Source of the DNA: Octopus vulgaris | Taxonomy: Eukaryota | Length of the DNA: 64,000 nt | Assembly (NCBI GenBank): GCA_951406725.2 | Contig: OX597835.1 | Coordinates: 46,190,001 to 46,254,000 of the forward strand | Reading direction: 5' to 3' | Shown: one piece after another, positions 1-13,957 of the stretch | Layout of the letters: every line of letters starts with the position of its first letter | Numbering within the stretch: the stretch's first letter is position 1 | Notes under the pieces: generated by a model | Told to the model about the DNA's origin: nothing | Databases searched by the model: none | The model's input: only the letters and a program-made list of their open reading frames with translations | Translations under genes and position numbers: made by a program

Positions 1-189
1 TTCTAATCGGAACGCATGTCAAAATACAAGTCAAAATATTTTGCTCGACAAATATATTATTTAAAGGAGTCATTGATCTACGAAAAGTACGAAATGAAAT
101 GCGTTAATATAACAAACAACAGTTCTATATACAGTTCTATATTTAAGATATGAGGAATTATGTACCTTATTTACATTACACCATATACC

Positions 190-452
190 CACGGGCATAT
201 GGCATAGTGGTTAAGAGCGCGGGCTACTAGCCCCAATATTCCAAGTTCGATTTCTGACAGTCAACTGAATAATAATAATAATAATAACAACAACACCAAC
301 AACATCGAAAATTGCCTTAGGAATGAGAAACCAGGTTCAAAATCTACCTCAAAACACCTGCTAATGGTTGGAGGGTACATCAGCCGAAATATTGTGTTAA
401 CAACAAAAAAGATGAGAACAAATATCCGTCAAATGTAAATAATGTTTATAAT
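190..452 (+). mobile_element. tRNA-headed short repeat (SINE-like) with decayed hammerhead-like tail
   Basis: A-box-like TGGCATAGTGGTT and B-box-like GTTCGATTTC at about 200-255, then an (AAT/AAC)n spacer and a hammerhead-shaped segment at 353-398. The tail TGTAAATAATGT is mirrored in inverted form at about 160-178. Confidence 0.55.
353..398 (+). ncRNA. decayed minimal hammerhead ribozyme-like motif
   Basis: aacac-CTGCTAA-t-ggttg(gagggtacat)cagcc-GAAA-ta-TT-gtgtt. Stems I and II pair, but the core deviates from CTGATGA. Confidence 0.4.
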
Positions 453-474
453 GTAAAGCAAAGAGTGCCGGATA

Positions 475-1302
475 TAAGGGTACCTAAAAATAACCGGAAA
501 CGTTCTCAGTGGGAAAAGCCTGTGATAGTTCAGGTTTTCACCTCTAGAAGCCACTTGATGCAACCCCCAGGCATCAGTCTGCCGGCAGGCGTTGTTGTAT
601 TGCGACGTTCTGCCACTTGGTGCTTCTTTATTTTGCAGTGCCTCTCCCCTGTTCGTAGATTTTTGTATCCCTGAAACGAAAGAACAACGTGCTTCTGTGA
701 AATTCTGTTTTCTACTGCGGAAATGTGTGGCCGAAACAGTTGTCATGCTTCAAACTGCTTACGAGGACACGTGATCATGACACAAGTCTGCGAGTGGTTT
801 TCACGCTTTAAAGATGGTCACTTGTCGCATGAGGATCAACCTCGTTCAGGACGACCGTCGAACTCTCGAAGAAATGAAAACATCATGAATATTCATGAAC
901 TTATCTTGTAGAACTGTCACCGAACAATTGACGAACTTGATATGACTGGTGTGTTCTGGAGCTCTTGCCAACGAATTTTGAGCGGGGAATTGCTAATGAA
1001 AAGGAGTAGCAGCAAAATCTGTGTCTCGCTTACTCACGTAAGACCAAAAGCAGTCAATTGTGACAAAAGCTGGTGCTACGGATTTGCTAATGTGGAACAG
1101 GGGAAGATAAATAAAAACCGAGGCGTTAAAAGGCTTCATTTCGCAAGAGTTCCAGCAGTGCTACGAACAGCGGAAAAAGCGTCTGGACCGACGCATTGCT
1201 TCAAATGGAGAACATTTTGAAGACGATAAAAGTGTAAACATGAAAATCTAAGCGAATAGAATAATAGAGCAAAATTCCGTTTTCTTTTGGGTACCCCCTC
1301 AT
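475..1302 (+). mobile_element. Internally deleted mariner (Tc1/mariner) DNA transposon
   Basis: Imperfect TIRs (TAAGGGTACCTAAAAATAACCGGAA versus TTCCGTTTTCTTTTGGGTACCCCCTCA) flanked by TA. Frameshifted transposase pieces include EQRASVKFCFLL..ETVVMLQTAY, VCEWFSRFKDG..EDQPRSGRP, SCQRILS.EL.MKR and the C-terminal KRLDRRIASNGEHFE. The catalytic DDD region is absent. Confidence 0.85.
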
Positions 1303-1676
1303 ATATATTTGTTAAAATATAGAATGCCACTTCTCAAATGTCAAACGTCTGGAGAAAAGAGCACGTTAACTTCTACGGCAAGTTACATAGGCCTCATAGA
1401 GTGCTCTTTCAAGATACGCTTGCATCAACTCAACACCCTGGTGAGCAGTTATAGTATGTGTGCGTGTGTGAGTTTATGTGTGAGGACTTGTGTGTGTTTG
1501 AGTGTATGTGTGTGTATGTACGTATGTTTGAGTATGTGTGTGTATCTCTGTGTGACTGTGTGTGTGAGAGTGCATACTGGACGGAGACTTGCTCATTTTT
1601 CATGCAATATACTTTTCTTGGAAATTTGAGGACAAATACCATACAATAATACGACACTGTGGAGTCGGAGTCGTCG

Positions 1677-1809
1677 TCTTCTTCTTCTTCTTCTTCTTCT
1701 TCTTCTTCTTCTTCTTCTTCTTCTTCTTCTTCTTCTTCTACAACTTCTTCTCCTCCCCCTCTGCATCCGCATCCTCCTCATCGTCATCCCCCTCCTCCTC
1801 CTCCTCTTC

Positions 1810-1841
<32 letters not shown>

Positions 1842-1870
1842 GCTGCTGCTGATGCTGCTACTACTACAAC
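1677..1870. repeat. Compound trinucleotide microsatellite (TCT)n/(CCT)n/(CTA)n
   Basis: Directly visible. Confidence 0.95.
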
Positions 1871-1992
1871 TACAGATATTTCATCTTTTTTTTAAAAATA
1901 TTCTAATTACGTTAGTAACCAATATGTACTATACATACATACACATACATACAAAACACACACACACATATATATATATATGTATATGTATG

Positions 1993-2040
<48 letters not shown>

Positions 2041-3088
2041 CATATATATATATATGAACATATTGATCGCATATTCTTTCATCGTTCTAATTTTTGGCTA
2101 GAAGTCTGCTGAGTCCATGCTGCGATGTGTACATATGTGTACATCATGATGGTGTGGATTTGGTGTGCATGCGTGTATTAATGTTTTTCTGTGTCTCTGT
2201 GCTTCCTTGTGTGTATGTGTGAGGGTGTGTATGTGTGGGAATGCGTATGGTGTATTGTGAGTTTTGTTTGTGGGTGGAATTTTAACGAGAGCAAAAAAAA
2301 TGAAAAACAAGCAGAAATTTGTAAGAGTCCAATTGTTACAAAGTATAGGAAACTAACAAAGAATATATTCACGTGCTCAGACACACATACACACACATAC
2401 ATACATAGATGCATACGAATGTGTGTGAGTTTGTATGTGTACGTATATAAATATATATATATATGTGTATATATATATATATGTGTGTGTGTGTGCGTGT
2501 GTGTGTGTATATATATATATACACACACATATATATATACATATGTATGTATGTATATGTATATATACATATATCTGTGTATATGTGAACATACACGTCT
2601 ATACGTCAATATAAACATGTACAAATGTACACATTTAAGTATATGTATAAATACATATATCCATATACGTGTCTGTGTATGTGTATGTTTGTCCGTGTGT
2701 TTGTGTGTGTGTCTGTGTGTGTGTATGCGCGTGTACCTGTGTGCACGTATGTGTGCGTGTGTAAAAAATATATAGATAGACAGGGGCCAAAATGAAAGAA
2801 CAGTAAGCAAATTATTGAATAATTTCAGCTAATTATTTTTGGATTCCTTTCAAAATAAACACCAGTGGCCATTATACGGAGCAAATAGCAGAATTGTCGT
2901 GGCGGTGGCGGGAGGAGGGTTTAAAACGATTTATTTTTGGATCAATAAAAACAGAGAAACCGAAGCAAGGCTTCCAAATCTAGTAAGACGGACGCCTTGG
3001 TGTTGTACATCCTTTACAGTTTTAATATTTTATTTTTATTATTTAAATATCATAGTATTATTGTTACTATTACTCTCATTATTTCCCC

Positions 3089-3094
<6 letters not shown>

Positions 3095-3142
<48 letters not shown>

Positions 3143-3165
3143 CATCATTATTATTATTATTATTA

Positions 3166-3235
<70 letters not shown>

Positions 3236-3300
3236 CATCATCATCATCATCATCATTATTATTATGATCAATATCATCATCATCATCATCATCATCATGA
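3095..3300. repeat. (TTA)n/(TCA)n microsatellite
   Basis: Directly visible. Confidence 0.95.
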
Positions 3301-3981
3301 TATTCGTCGTTGTTATTGTTACTGTTATTGATATTATTAGCGGGTGGGGTGAGAAGAGAAGCAAATGCGGATAACTTTGTAACTGCCAAAGGAATACGAA
3401 AAAGAACGTGGTACAATTTTTTTGAAGAAATTTAAAAAGGAAGATGTTGCTTTATATAAATAAACGCAGACATGTTTATGTGGAGAAGAATTTTGCATCG
3501 CAGAAACAAGTTCTCTGTCTCATTACGCTGATTATTGAAAGTTTCTTCTTTCTTTGTAATTTTTTGTCTTATTTAGCCCTCGGACGACCAAAACTTTGAG
3601 AAGAGACTTCGTTAGAGGAAACTATTTGGTATAGGTACGACTCTGCACAAGTCAATCATGGATAAATTTAAGCAGGTCAAATTTAATTCTTCACTTATAA
3701 TCAGCTATATGTTATGTGGGTTGAAGCGAAATGGTATGAAATTATTTGAACCAATATTAAACGAATGGCATGTTAATATCTTAATATTCTTCTTGGCCTT
3801 TGTGTAACAGACAGGATAGGGGCAATACCAAACGGAGAGTTGGACAACGTGGGAGGTTACAACACGTAGATAAACATTCCAAAGCTGGAGGACAAAATGT
3901 AAAGACGTAAAAAAAAATTGCGTTAAGAATAATACACCATAAATTGTAATCTAAATAAAACAAAAAGGCTAAAGACGTAGC

Positions 3982-4173
3982 CAGGGGCTCCAAAGTGGTC
4001 GTTATCGACCCCTGGCGGTCGATACGGCTATTCAAGGGTTCGATAAATGCACATCTACTTCATTATTGTTATTATTTATTTATTTATCTAATTTCTTGTG
4101 CATGCGTGGGGGTCGATGAGAGATCAAAGATTCCAAGATGTGGTCGATGGTCTAAAAGGTTTGGGGACTCCTG
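3982..4173. mobile_element. Non-autonomous hAT-like MITE
   Basis: Termini CAGGGGCTCCAAA and TTTGGGGACTCCTG resemble hAT/Charlie TIRs. GGTCGAT subterminal repeats recur. The flanks gacgtagc/acatagac look like a decayed 8-bp TSD. Confidence 0.5.
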
Positions 4174-4305
4174 ACATAGACTAATAAATAGGAAGTACCC
4201 TTTATAAAAATAGAGTCAGAAAGAGAAACTAGGATAAAGGAGCAAGACATGAGTGTACCTTTTGACAACTATATACATATCTATATATATATTTTATGCG
4301 CGTGT

Positions 4306-4600
4306 TTACGCGCAGACTTCCTTCCTCCTATTTACAAGCTTTTTAATCCCATCAATGTAAAACTCTTTTCGTTTCAAAGCGAAGAACTCTGAAATGTCAG
4401 TTTCGACCTCCTCCTGGCTTGCGAAAGTTATGTTCCCCAAATGATTCTGTAAATTACGAAACAAATGGTAGTCTGGAGGACCAAGGTCGGGGGTATAAGG
4501 TGGATGAGGAATTTTTTCCCAACCAAGCTCTTCGATCTTCTGTGATGTGATCTTTGCAGTGTGGGTCACGCATTCTCCTGATGAAACATCACTCCTTTTC
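4306..4600 (-). pseudogene. Mariner transposase C-terminal catalytic fragment
   Basis: VMFHQENA (cf. FHQDNARPH) and QKIEELGWEKIPHPPYTPDLGPPDYHLFRNLQNHL (cf. the HPPYSPDLAPSDYHLF motif). Confidence 0.9.
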
Positions 4601-4850
4601 GATTTGGTAGACGGAAACTGGAAGAAACCTGTCGTATATATATATGTGTGTGTGTGTGTGCTCCTACTATCATTTGACAACCGATGTTGGTGTTTTTATG
4701 TCGCCGTAACTTAGCGTTTCGGCAAATGAAAAACCGATAGAATATAATTACTAGGTTTACAGAGAATAAGTCCTGAGATCGATTTGTTCGACTAAAGGCG
4801 GTGCTCCAGCATGGCCGCAGTCGAATGACTGGAACAAAGAACAGAATGAA
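4600..4850 (+). mobile_element. 5'-truncated SINE (family A)
   Basis: Shares GATTTGGTAGACGGAAACTG..GTCGTATATA and AAGGCGGTGCTCCAGCATGGCCGCAG with the copy at 14427. Confidence 0.8.
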
Positions 4851-5347
4851 AAAAAAAATACAATAAAAGAATAAACGAATATACCGAATGCTTATAACGA
4901 ATTCAGCCAATAGTCAGGGTATGATCTGAAACGGTAGACAGTTTGATACCCGTTTCATCAACCAAAATATGGTCCGTGATGAGAAACAGTGGCAAAGCTA
5001 ATAAATAACTGAGATGCAGTTCTAAGTTCCAGGAATTCCATGTTACTTTTATTTTCATAATGGCTGAGTATTTGAAAGGGAGACTGGCCTCGCTGTGGCT
5101 ATAGAATCCATCACATTACATTAGTGATATGTTTGCCAATAACCTCAGGGTCGTTCTGGTGATTGCCGTTGTTGCTGTTGTTCTCGTTGTTGTTGTTGCT
5201 TCTGTTTGTACTATTCCATGAATTCTTGCTGTGTTCCTATATTTTTAGCACAGTTTACAAACGTTGATCATGCTGCTAGCGTAAACCTATATTATATGTC
5301 TAGAAATGTATGTGCGTGCGCGTGTAGATGCATGCATTAGTACACAT

Positions 5348-5385
<38 letters not shown>

Positions 5386-5556
5386 GAGAGAGAGAGAGAG
5401 AGAGAGAGAAATATATAGATAGAATAGTTAGATAGATATATTTGTATATACATACATACAACACACTCTCTCACACACTATATACATACATATATATATA
5501 TTTTTAAAATTTTTTTATTTATTTTATCTAGTTTCAGCCCACGAGCTGTGGCCATG

Positions 5557-5587
<31 letters not shown>

Positions 5588-5832
5588 AAGAAATATCTTT
5601 ATATAAACAAACCTATATATACTTACATAATATAATTACGGATATATACTTAAATTTGTGTGTATATAAGAATATATATGCGTGTATTCATACATTATAT
5701 ATACATATTGTTACACACACATACATACACATACACGCACGCACACATATATGGATACATATGTTGGTATATACAGAGAGATAGATATATAGATAGATAG
5801 ATTGATACATACATACATACATTCATACATAA

Positions 5833-5876
<44 letters not shown>

Positions 5877-6206
5877 CTGTGTAAACACACACATATATAT
5901 ATGACCATGTCTATGTGGTTTTTCATATATTGATTGACTGATTGATTGATTAATTGATTTGGCTTTCCCAGACGTGGAATTATTTCACATAAATTGCTAA
6001 TGGTTTTGGTAAAAACCATGAACTTTCCCTTCTTTCATTTACACTTACAAAATCATACACACACTAGTATTGCGTCGGCCAATTCTGTTTCCATTGTATT
6101 AATAATACCATTTTATATATTAAATTGACTCTATATAAACTTGCATAGTACATATATAGTAGATACTCATATAAAATACCATTAATATGTGTGCATGTAT
6201 ATCTTT

Positions 6207-6257
<51 letters not shown>

Positions 6258-6382
6258 CGTCTAGACATTATTTTTATCAACCTATATTTATGTTACTATT
6301 TACACAACCATAGTAGTAGGAGATACACACACGTTGTCACATACAAACACACATTTTCGCACACATATATGAGTGTGAATTC

Positions 6383-6425
<43 letters not shown>

Positions 6426-7560
6426 TATAGATAGATATATATATATATAAATTGAGAAATACATACATATAACAATGCACACTTCCCCCACACACACACA
6501 CGTATGTATATACGTATATATTCACATATGTATATGTATATGTGTGTTTGTGTGTACTAACGCACAGAATTCTCTTTTTCACATGCACATGCATATATAC
6601 ATACATGCATACATGTGTATTCTTGGATTGCTGTGCGTGTAGGTGTGTCTTTGAGGTACTGAATGTACTAAATGTGATGTTACATTGAACTTTTAAATAC
6701 GAAACTAATTGATTTTTGCAACACATGAAAGAATTCTTCGTATTCAATTCGACGGCCAAGTGAAATTAATCCTGCCGTACGCGATTCATTCGTACACCAG
6801 CGCAACACGTCACCCAGGAAAAGGCTTCGTTGACGAGCCCTGTGTGTGTGTGCCATTGAATTTATGCAGGGAAATTCAAGCCTTCTGTTGCATCTTTTGT
6901 CTTGTCTACTTGAAGCAGTGAATTTTGGTTTCCTAGTCTTTGAAATTAAAGAAGGCCATGCCCACTGTCCATTACACAAAAGCAAGCATGCACAGCCTTC
7001 TAGCTAAAGCGAGCCGCATGGTACATGACCCACCCACAGATGAACTGCGCTATTACAAAAATTCAATTCTTCGTTAAATAAAGTTTTCCAATAATTGTTC
7101 TATATTCATACCCAACGCATATTTTGGCGCTTCTTTGCATTCTACCTTCGAATCCTTCCATGGCACGCTTGAGTTGTAGACTCCATTTGTCACCCGGTTT
7201 AACCCCGCCCCTACGTATTATCTTGGGCATCCAATAAGGGCCACTACATTGACGTTGTCTTTCTTTCTCCCTTGTATCAATTTGTAAGACCCTCTAAAGG
7301 ATCATGAACACTCCTATCTTTCCTAATTAAGCGATAAAATCTTATATCTACCTTGGGATGATCGTAATCCAAGCCTAAATCCAATTTAATGAAATACAAA
7401 GTCACAATACTTTAACTCAATATTTAGTTACCGTGAGTATTTACAAATGCAGAAAAAAGAACACGGGACTGGGGAAACCGGCTAAAAACATATCTTGTCA
7501 TATTTGTCTGAAATAACTATTTTTAAATTTCTCAACGAGAGATATTTTGCAACTGTACTT

Positions 7561-7841
7561 TGGAGTAAAGAATTTTGCCAACATAATAAGGCAGTCCTGG
7601 TTTAGCAAGAATGTTACTGTAGTTTAACCCCCGGAGACACCGTCTCCAGATCGCTATACAACACGATCTGCGTCCTTATATTTTCGAACAAGGGTGGTGC
7701 TGGATTCCCTTGTTCGAAAATATAAGGACAAAATCGCGTCGTATAGCCAGCTGGAGACGATATCTCCTGGGGCTTAATTACAGCAACATTCGTCCTAAAC
7801 CAGGACTGCCATGTCATGCTGGCAAAAAAACCTTTACTCCA
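7561..7841. mobile_element. Foldback/palindromic MITE (about 280 bp)
   Basis: Arms of about 135 bp (TGGAGTAAAG...GTCCTTATATTTTCGAACAAGGG and its reverse complement ending CTTTACTCCA) around a 12-nt loop. Confidence 0.75.
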
Positions 7842-8481
7842 TATTTATCGGAGTAAAACACACTTTAGAGCTGAATACCCCCGTGGTTTGTGAGTTCACT
7901 CTCTTTGCCATTAATAATGAAACTTGAGAGAAAATAGCGAACGTTATACATTCTGCTCGAAAATTATGGTATCAATATCACTTTTGCTTATAGTTTCTTC
8001 AGAAGATGACACAACAAACAAGTCCAAAAATCAATTTTGTCTGCAGATGACATTCCTGTTCTTGAATGTGTGTGACTTTGTCCATTAATGTGTATTACAT
8101 GCTTTGAAAAAGACATCAAAGTTTTGCTTTTACTACTTTATAGAAAATTATTCGGTTAATCTTGAAATACGGGCATTGCGATGGTCAGGATTAAGCGAAT
8201 GTATCAGATTCCTCTGTTCGTAGAAACAAGCGACATCATTCATCATCATCGACGTCCTCGTCATCGTCGTCGTCGTCGTCGTCATCATCATCATCATCAT
8301 CGTCAATATCTACTCTACGTGAAACTGCCGAGCTTTCTAAAGATCTCTTTAGAAAATTTTTATATCTTTCATATATTTCGTTATCTTAATTTCCGTTTGT
8401 TCAAAGTAAAAACCACTTTTTCTGTTATATCTCTTCTTTAACATTGTCCATCGTGGCCTAGGATGATGTGGCCAACGAACG

Positions 8482-8547
<66 letters not shown>

Positions 8548-8560
8548 CATCATTATTATA

Positions 8561-8616
<56 letters not shown>

Positions 8617-8625
8617 TACTACTAC

Positions 8626-8715
<90 letters not shown>

Positions 8716-8738
8716 CATTATTATTATTATTATTATTA

Positions 8739-8805
<67 letters not shown>

Positions 8806-8846
8806 CATCATTATTATCATCATTATTTTTATTATTATTATTATCA

Positions 8847-8940
<94 letters not shown>

Positions 8941-8942
8941 CA

Positions 8943-9012
<70 letters not shown>

Positions 9013-9014
9013 CA

Positions 9015-9080
<66 letters not shown>
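8482..9080. repeat. About 600-bp (TAT/CAT)n microsatellite
   Basis: Directly visible. Confidence 0.97.
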
Positions 9081-9081
<1 letters not shown>

Positions 9082-9300
9082 GTCGGCTATCTGGCAGAAT
9101 CGTTAGCACGCCGGGCAAAGCATTTAACGGTTTTCTGTCCGTCTTTACATTCTAAGTGCAACTTCCACCGCGGTCGACTTTGCATTTCATCATGTCGGCA
9201 TCGATAAAATAAGTACCAGCAATGGGGTCGATGTAACTGAATTAGCACCCACCCACGCAAAAATAAAAACTGCTGGTCTGGTGCCAAAATTTTCATCCAT
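9082..9300 (+). mobile_element. tRNA-derived SINE (family B)
   Basis: CTGGCAGAATCGTTAGCACGCCGGGC head and GGTCGACTTTGC..TTTCATC..TCGATAAAATAAGTACCAG body, repeated at 24842 and 32912. Confidence 0.8.
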
Positions 9301-9304
9301 TATT

Positions 9305-9510
9305 ATTTTGATTTGGCTCAGGTTCGGTCTTATTCTTTGTAGTTTATGTGGGTAGCGGGTTACTACCTCTAGTTATCCACAAGTTTTCAGCTTTTTTTTC
9401 AAATGCTTACATCCCGCCGGAAAATCCCTGTTGTCCCTAAGAGACAAACGTTTTGTAGGAGATCTACCGAGCATTCTAATCCAGTCTCCTTGAGACTTTT
9501 GTATTACCAT
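9305..9510 (-). mobile_element. 3' end fragment of R4/Dong-like non-LTR retrotransposon
   Basis: Decayed C-terminal coding (..DWIRMLG....LGTTGIFRR..) plus 3' UTR, bounded by (TAA)n. Confidence 0.45.
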
Positions 9511-9525
9511 TATTATTGTATTTTA

Positions 9526-9612
9526 TTGTCTTTGCACAGCTTCTAACGCTGGAGATGTACTACGGTGCCAGCTGTTCACTACCAGTGAACTAAGGCATAA
9601 CTCCTTATTTTT
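9526..9612 (-). mobile_element. 3' UTR of R4/Dong-like element
   Basis: TTTGCACAGCTTCTAACGCTGGAGATGTAC..TGTTCACTACCAGTGAAC recurs at 10245 and 55872. At 55872 it follows an R4-type ORF C-terminus. Confidence 0.7.
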
Positions 9613-9629
9613 AATAAAATCCCATAGAA

Positions 9630-10145
9630 TCGATTATCGTAAGGCGTACGATATTATTCCATATTCTTGGATTATGTAATGTATTAACCTTCTTAGTAAT
9701 GCATCAAATGTTGAGCGATTGCTTGAAAAAAGTGGAAGAAGTTTAAGGACAATAGAAATCAGGCGAGACAACTTCCCACTGATATTTGTACTGTGCATGA
9801 TACCACTAACACTGATTCTGAGAAAAGAAATGACTGGGTAGGTATACAAGAGCTGCCAGCAAAAAGTCAACCACTTGTTATTCATGGCTGGCCTCAAACT
9901 TTATGGTAAAGATGAATCCCAAGTCAGTTCCCTCGGTGATGCGGTGCTTACTTTCAGTGCTGATATCAGAATGGAGTTCGGACTGAAAAAGTGTGGTGTG
10001 TTAGACTTGAAGAGAGGCAAAATCAAACGTATGGACGGGCCAGGGAAACCGTCGGGGAGGTTATGGAGTAGATAAAAGAGACGGGATATAAGTTCTTGGG
10101 GATATTGGAAATGGATAAATTGATGGAGAAAGGAATGGCAGGAAA
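9630..10145 (+). pseudogene. R4/Dong-like reverse transcriptase fragment
   Basis: DYRKAYDIIPYSWIM, PLIFVLCMIPLTLIL, VNHLLFMAGLKLY (decayed FMDDLKLY), DIRMEFGLKKC and YKFLGILE, with stops and deletions. Confidence 0.85.
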
Positions 10146-10244
10146 ATTATTACTATTATTGTTGTTGTTGTTGTTGTTATTATGATCATAATCATCATCA
10201 TCATCATAATAATAATCATCATCATCATCATCATTATTACTTGG

Positions 10245-10722
10245 TTGTCTTTGCACAGTTTCTAACTCTGGAGATGTGCTATGGTGTCAGTTGTTCACTA
10301 CCAGTGAACAACCATATGTGCGCGACATGGTGATCTTATATCAAAATAAACAGAGTATGACCTTGAAGGTGGGACCCAGTTAGAATTTTCTTCAAACTGA
10401 GTAGCCCACCCCACTCAAAAGGTCCTTCAATAAGGGTTGTTTAAGGATGATGAACAAAACACCCATGTTTCCTGAGGTGAATTATCCAAACCCCAACGAA
10501 TTCCTCTCAACACATGGCTACGATACTCTCCCCACTACTTCTGCTTGTGATCAGAGATGCACACATCGTCAGTCACTAAGGGACATGCTCAACTGTTTTA
10601 TTGAGCAGAATATTTGCTGTAGTCCATCTTTTATACCATGACAAAACATTGAACGTGATAACGCTTCCAATCAGTTAAAATCAAGGCATGAGAGCCACTC
10701 AGACGTATACTGCATCAGGACA
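10245..10722 (-). mobile_element. Short non-autonomous element ending in the R4/Dong-like 3' UTR
   Basis: About 400 bp of non-coding body joined to the 3'-UTR motif also seen at 9526 and 55872, with (TAA)n on both sides. Confidence 0.55.
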
Positions 10723-10727
10723 TTTAC

Positions 10728-10814
<87 letters not shown>

Positions 10815-10815
10815 T

Positions 10816-11538
<723 letters not shown>

Positions 11539-12337
11539 CATTATTATTATTATTATTATTATTATCATCATCATTTTCATAATTTTTATTCAGCCAACCG
11601 GCTCTTGAGACAACAGTGTGTTTTCGACAGCTGTTTGACTATATCATTAGAGGCTGGTTTGGGCATAGCATGTGCTTAGCTAATAAACAATTTTCGTCAA
11701 CTACTGATATATATCAGCGTTCTTTAAAACTGTACGTCTACATGAGACGTTATCTCGAGACGAACACCACATCGGGGACTCCAGTAATGTCTACCGTCTG
11801 CAATGCTTGAATTAATATCAATACATTTCCACTCGAACTTGTTTTGATCAGAGGTAACTTTCGACTAAAAATAACATCGCGAAAAAATAATGACATTTCC
11901 TTTCACTGTGAAGGTCTCCGTTAGAAATACTAATCAGATCACCTTAAAAGTAGATCTTATCATGTTCATAACGGAATTTTCGTATATACACAGATAAATA
12001 ACATAAGGCGGTTTTGCTAGCAACATTTTTCAACATAGGTTTGGTCGGTCATGTTTGAGTTTGAGTTAAACAACAATGACATCAAACGTTACACTCTGAA
12101 TTATTACAATTAAATTTTGGCTTTTCAGTTGAGTATAATTTATTCCACGATTTCATTCTCATCTAATTTCAGAGAAAATCAAAGAACGTATTCTATTCAT
12201 TTTCTTTTAATCTACAAATATATAATCAACAGAACACAGCCAACACGATTTTCCAAACATGAACACATGTACGCAGAGACACAAAGTCCAAAACACACGC
12301 AAATGGAAAACAAAGGTAAAAGAGTAATTTATATATG

Positions 12338-12381
<44 letters not shown>

Positions 12382-12955
12382 GATATGTATACACACACAC
12401 ACATATATATATATATGTATATATATGTATATATGCATATTCACACACACACACATATATATATATGTATATATACACGCATATACACACACATACATAT
12501 ATATATATATATATGCGCGTGTACGTGAGTGTAAGCTTAGTGTTATATACATATAAATATATATGTATATATATGTGTATATATGTATATATATATATAT
12601 ACATACATATATATAAAATATGTTATATTTATATATATATCGGTGCGTATGAATATCTATATATCTATATGTCTGTGTGCTTATATTTACAAACTCATGC
12701 ATATATAGAGAGAGATATAGATAGGTAAATAGAAAGATATGTACTCATGTATGTATATGTATATACAGACATATATAAGTGTCAGTGTGTGTATGTGTGA
12801 GTGTGAGTTTGGATTTACAATATACATAGACTTACATTCGCACAAACATCAGCTGACCCGCATATATGTATATACATAAATATATATATATGTATATCTA
12901 TGTATATATATATGTATGTATGTATCTATCTATCTATCCATCTATCTATCTATCT

Positions 12956-13028
<73 letters not shown>

Positions 13029-13322
13029 TAACATGTCCCTGTTACCAAAGACTGTATATATACATGTAATGTGGCAATTATGTAAATTTTTTTGAATTCA
13101 TAATATTCTGTACTGAACTTTTTTGATATTTCCTCCTGGAAATTACCCTGAGATGTATAATATATTTGTTTTAATCTTTTCTGCCCATTTTTTCAAATAT
13201 TCTCATCATACTGTTGTACTTTTTTATATCCTTAACATGTCCCTGTTACCAAAGACTGTATATATACATGTAATGTGGCAATTTGCAACAACCAATAATT
13301 AACGCAACCAAACTTCCATATG

Positions 13323-13367
13323 TTACTTTTGACAATCTTTTTCCAAAGAGTGAAACCGGTTAAGCAA
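13323..13367 (+). ncRNA. Minimal hammerhead-like motif, U3-A8 core variant
   Basis: ctt-TTGACAA-tcttt(ttcc)aaaga-gt-GAAA-ccgg-TT-aag, with palindromic stem III AACCGGTT. Confidence 0.55.
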
Positions 13368-13911
13368 ATAAACATCTTTTAAATTGCATTTTCAAACCTT
13401 CTTTCGTATATATATATATTCACACAGTATTTTCATTGAAATGTTTCGTGTCTCGCATCTTGAAATCTCTTTCAACATCAATCGTCAGGCGACCATCTAC
13501 GTTTGCCTCTCTCTTCCTCTTTCTATCACAAGTCTGTCTATTTGTCCCAGGTCACGCTATGGTATATGTTTTGCCACTCTCCCTGCCCATACTTTCTATA
13601 ACCCACTGTTATTTCTCTTCTCATTCTTTCTCCACCCATCTTAAACCCTCTTTCAAATAGTTATTGTCAAAGTCAAACATTTCTATCGGCCTCCACACAT
13701 CATAAATAATTGCCTAGTGTTGCATTAACGGACACGACACCTGTAGCTACACTTGAGGACTAGATCTTAAGTTGATATTAAAACTGCGGACTCATATTGG
13801 GAGCTGAGTGAAAGTTAAATGCGGACCTATACATTCACAGAAGCTCACGTAAACCACACAAAGATAGGCATAGAGGCATAATTTAAATAAGTATAGAGAA
13901 ATATATATACG

Positions 13912-13957
<46 letters not shown>

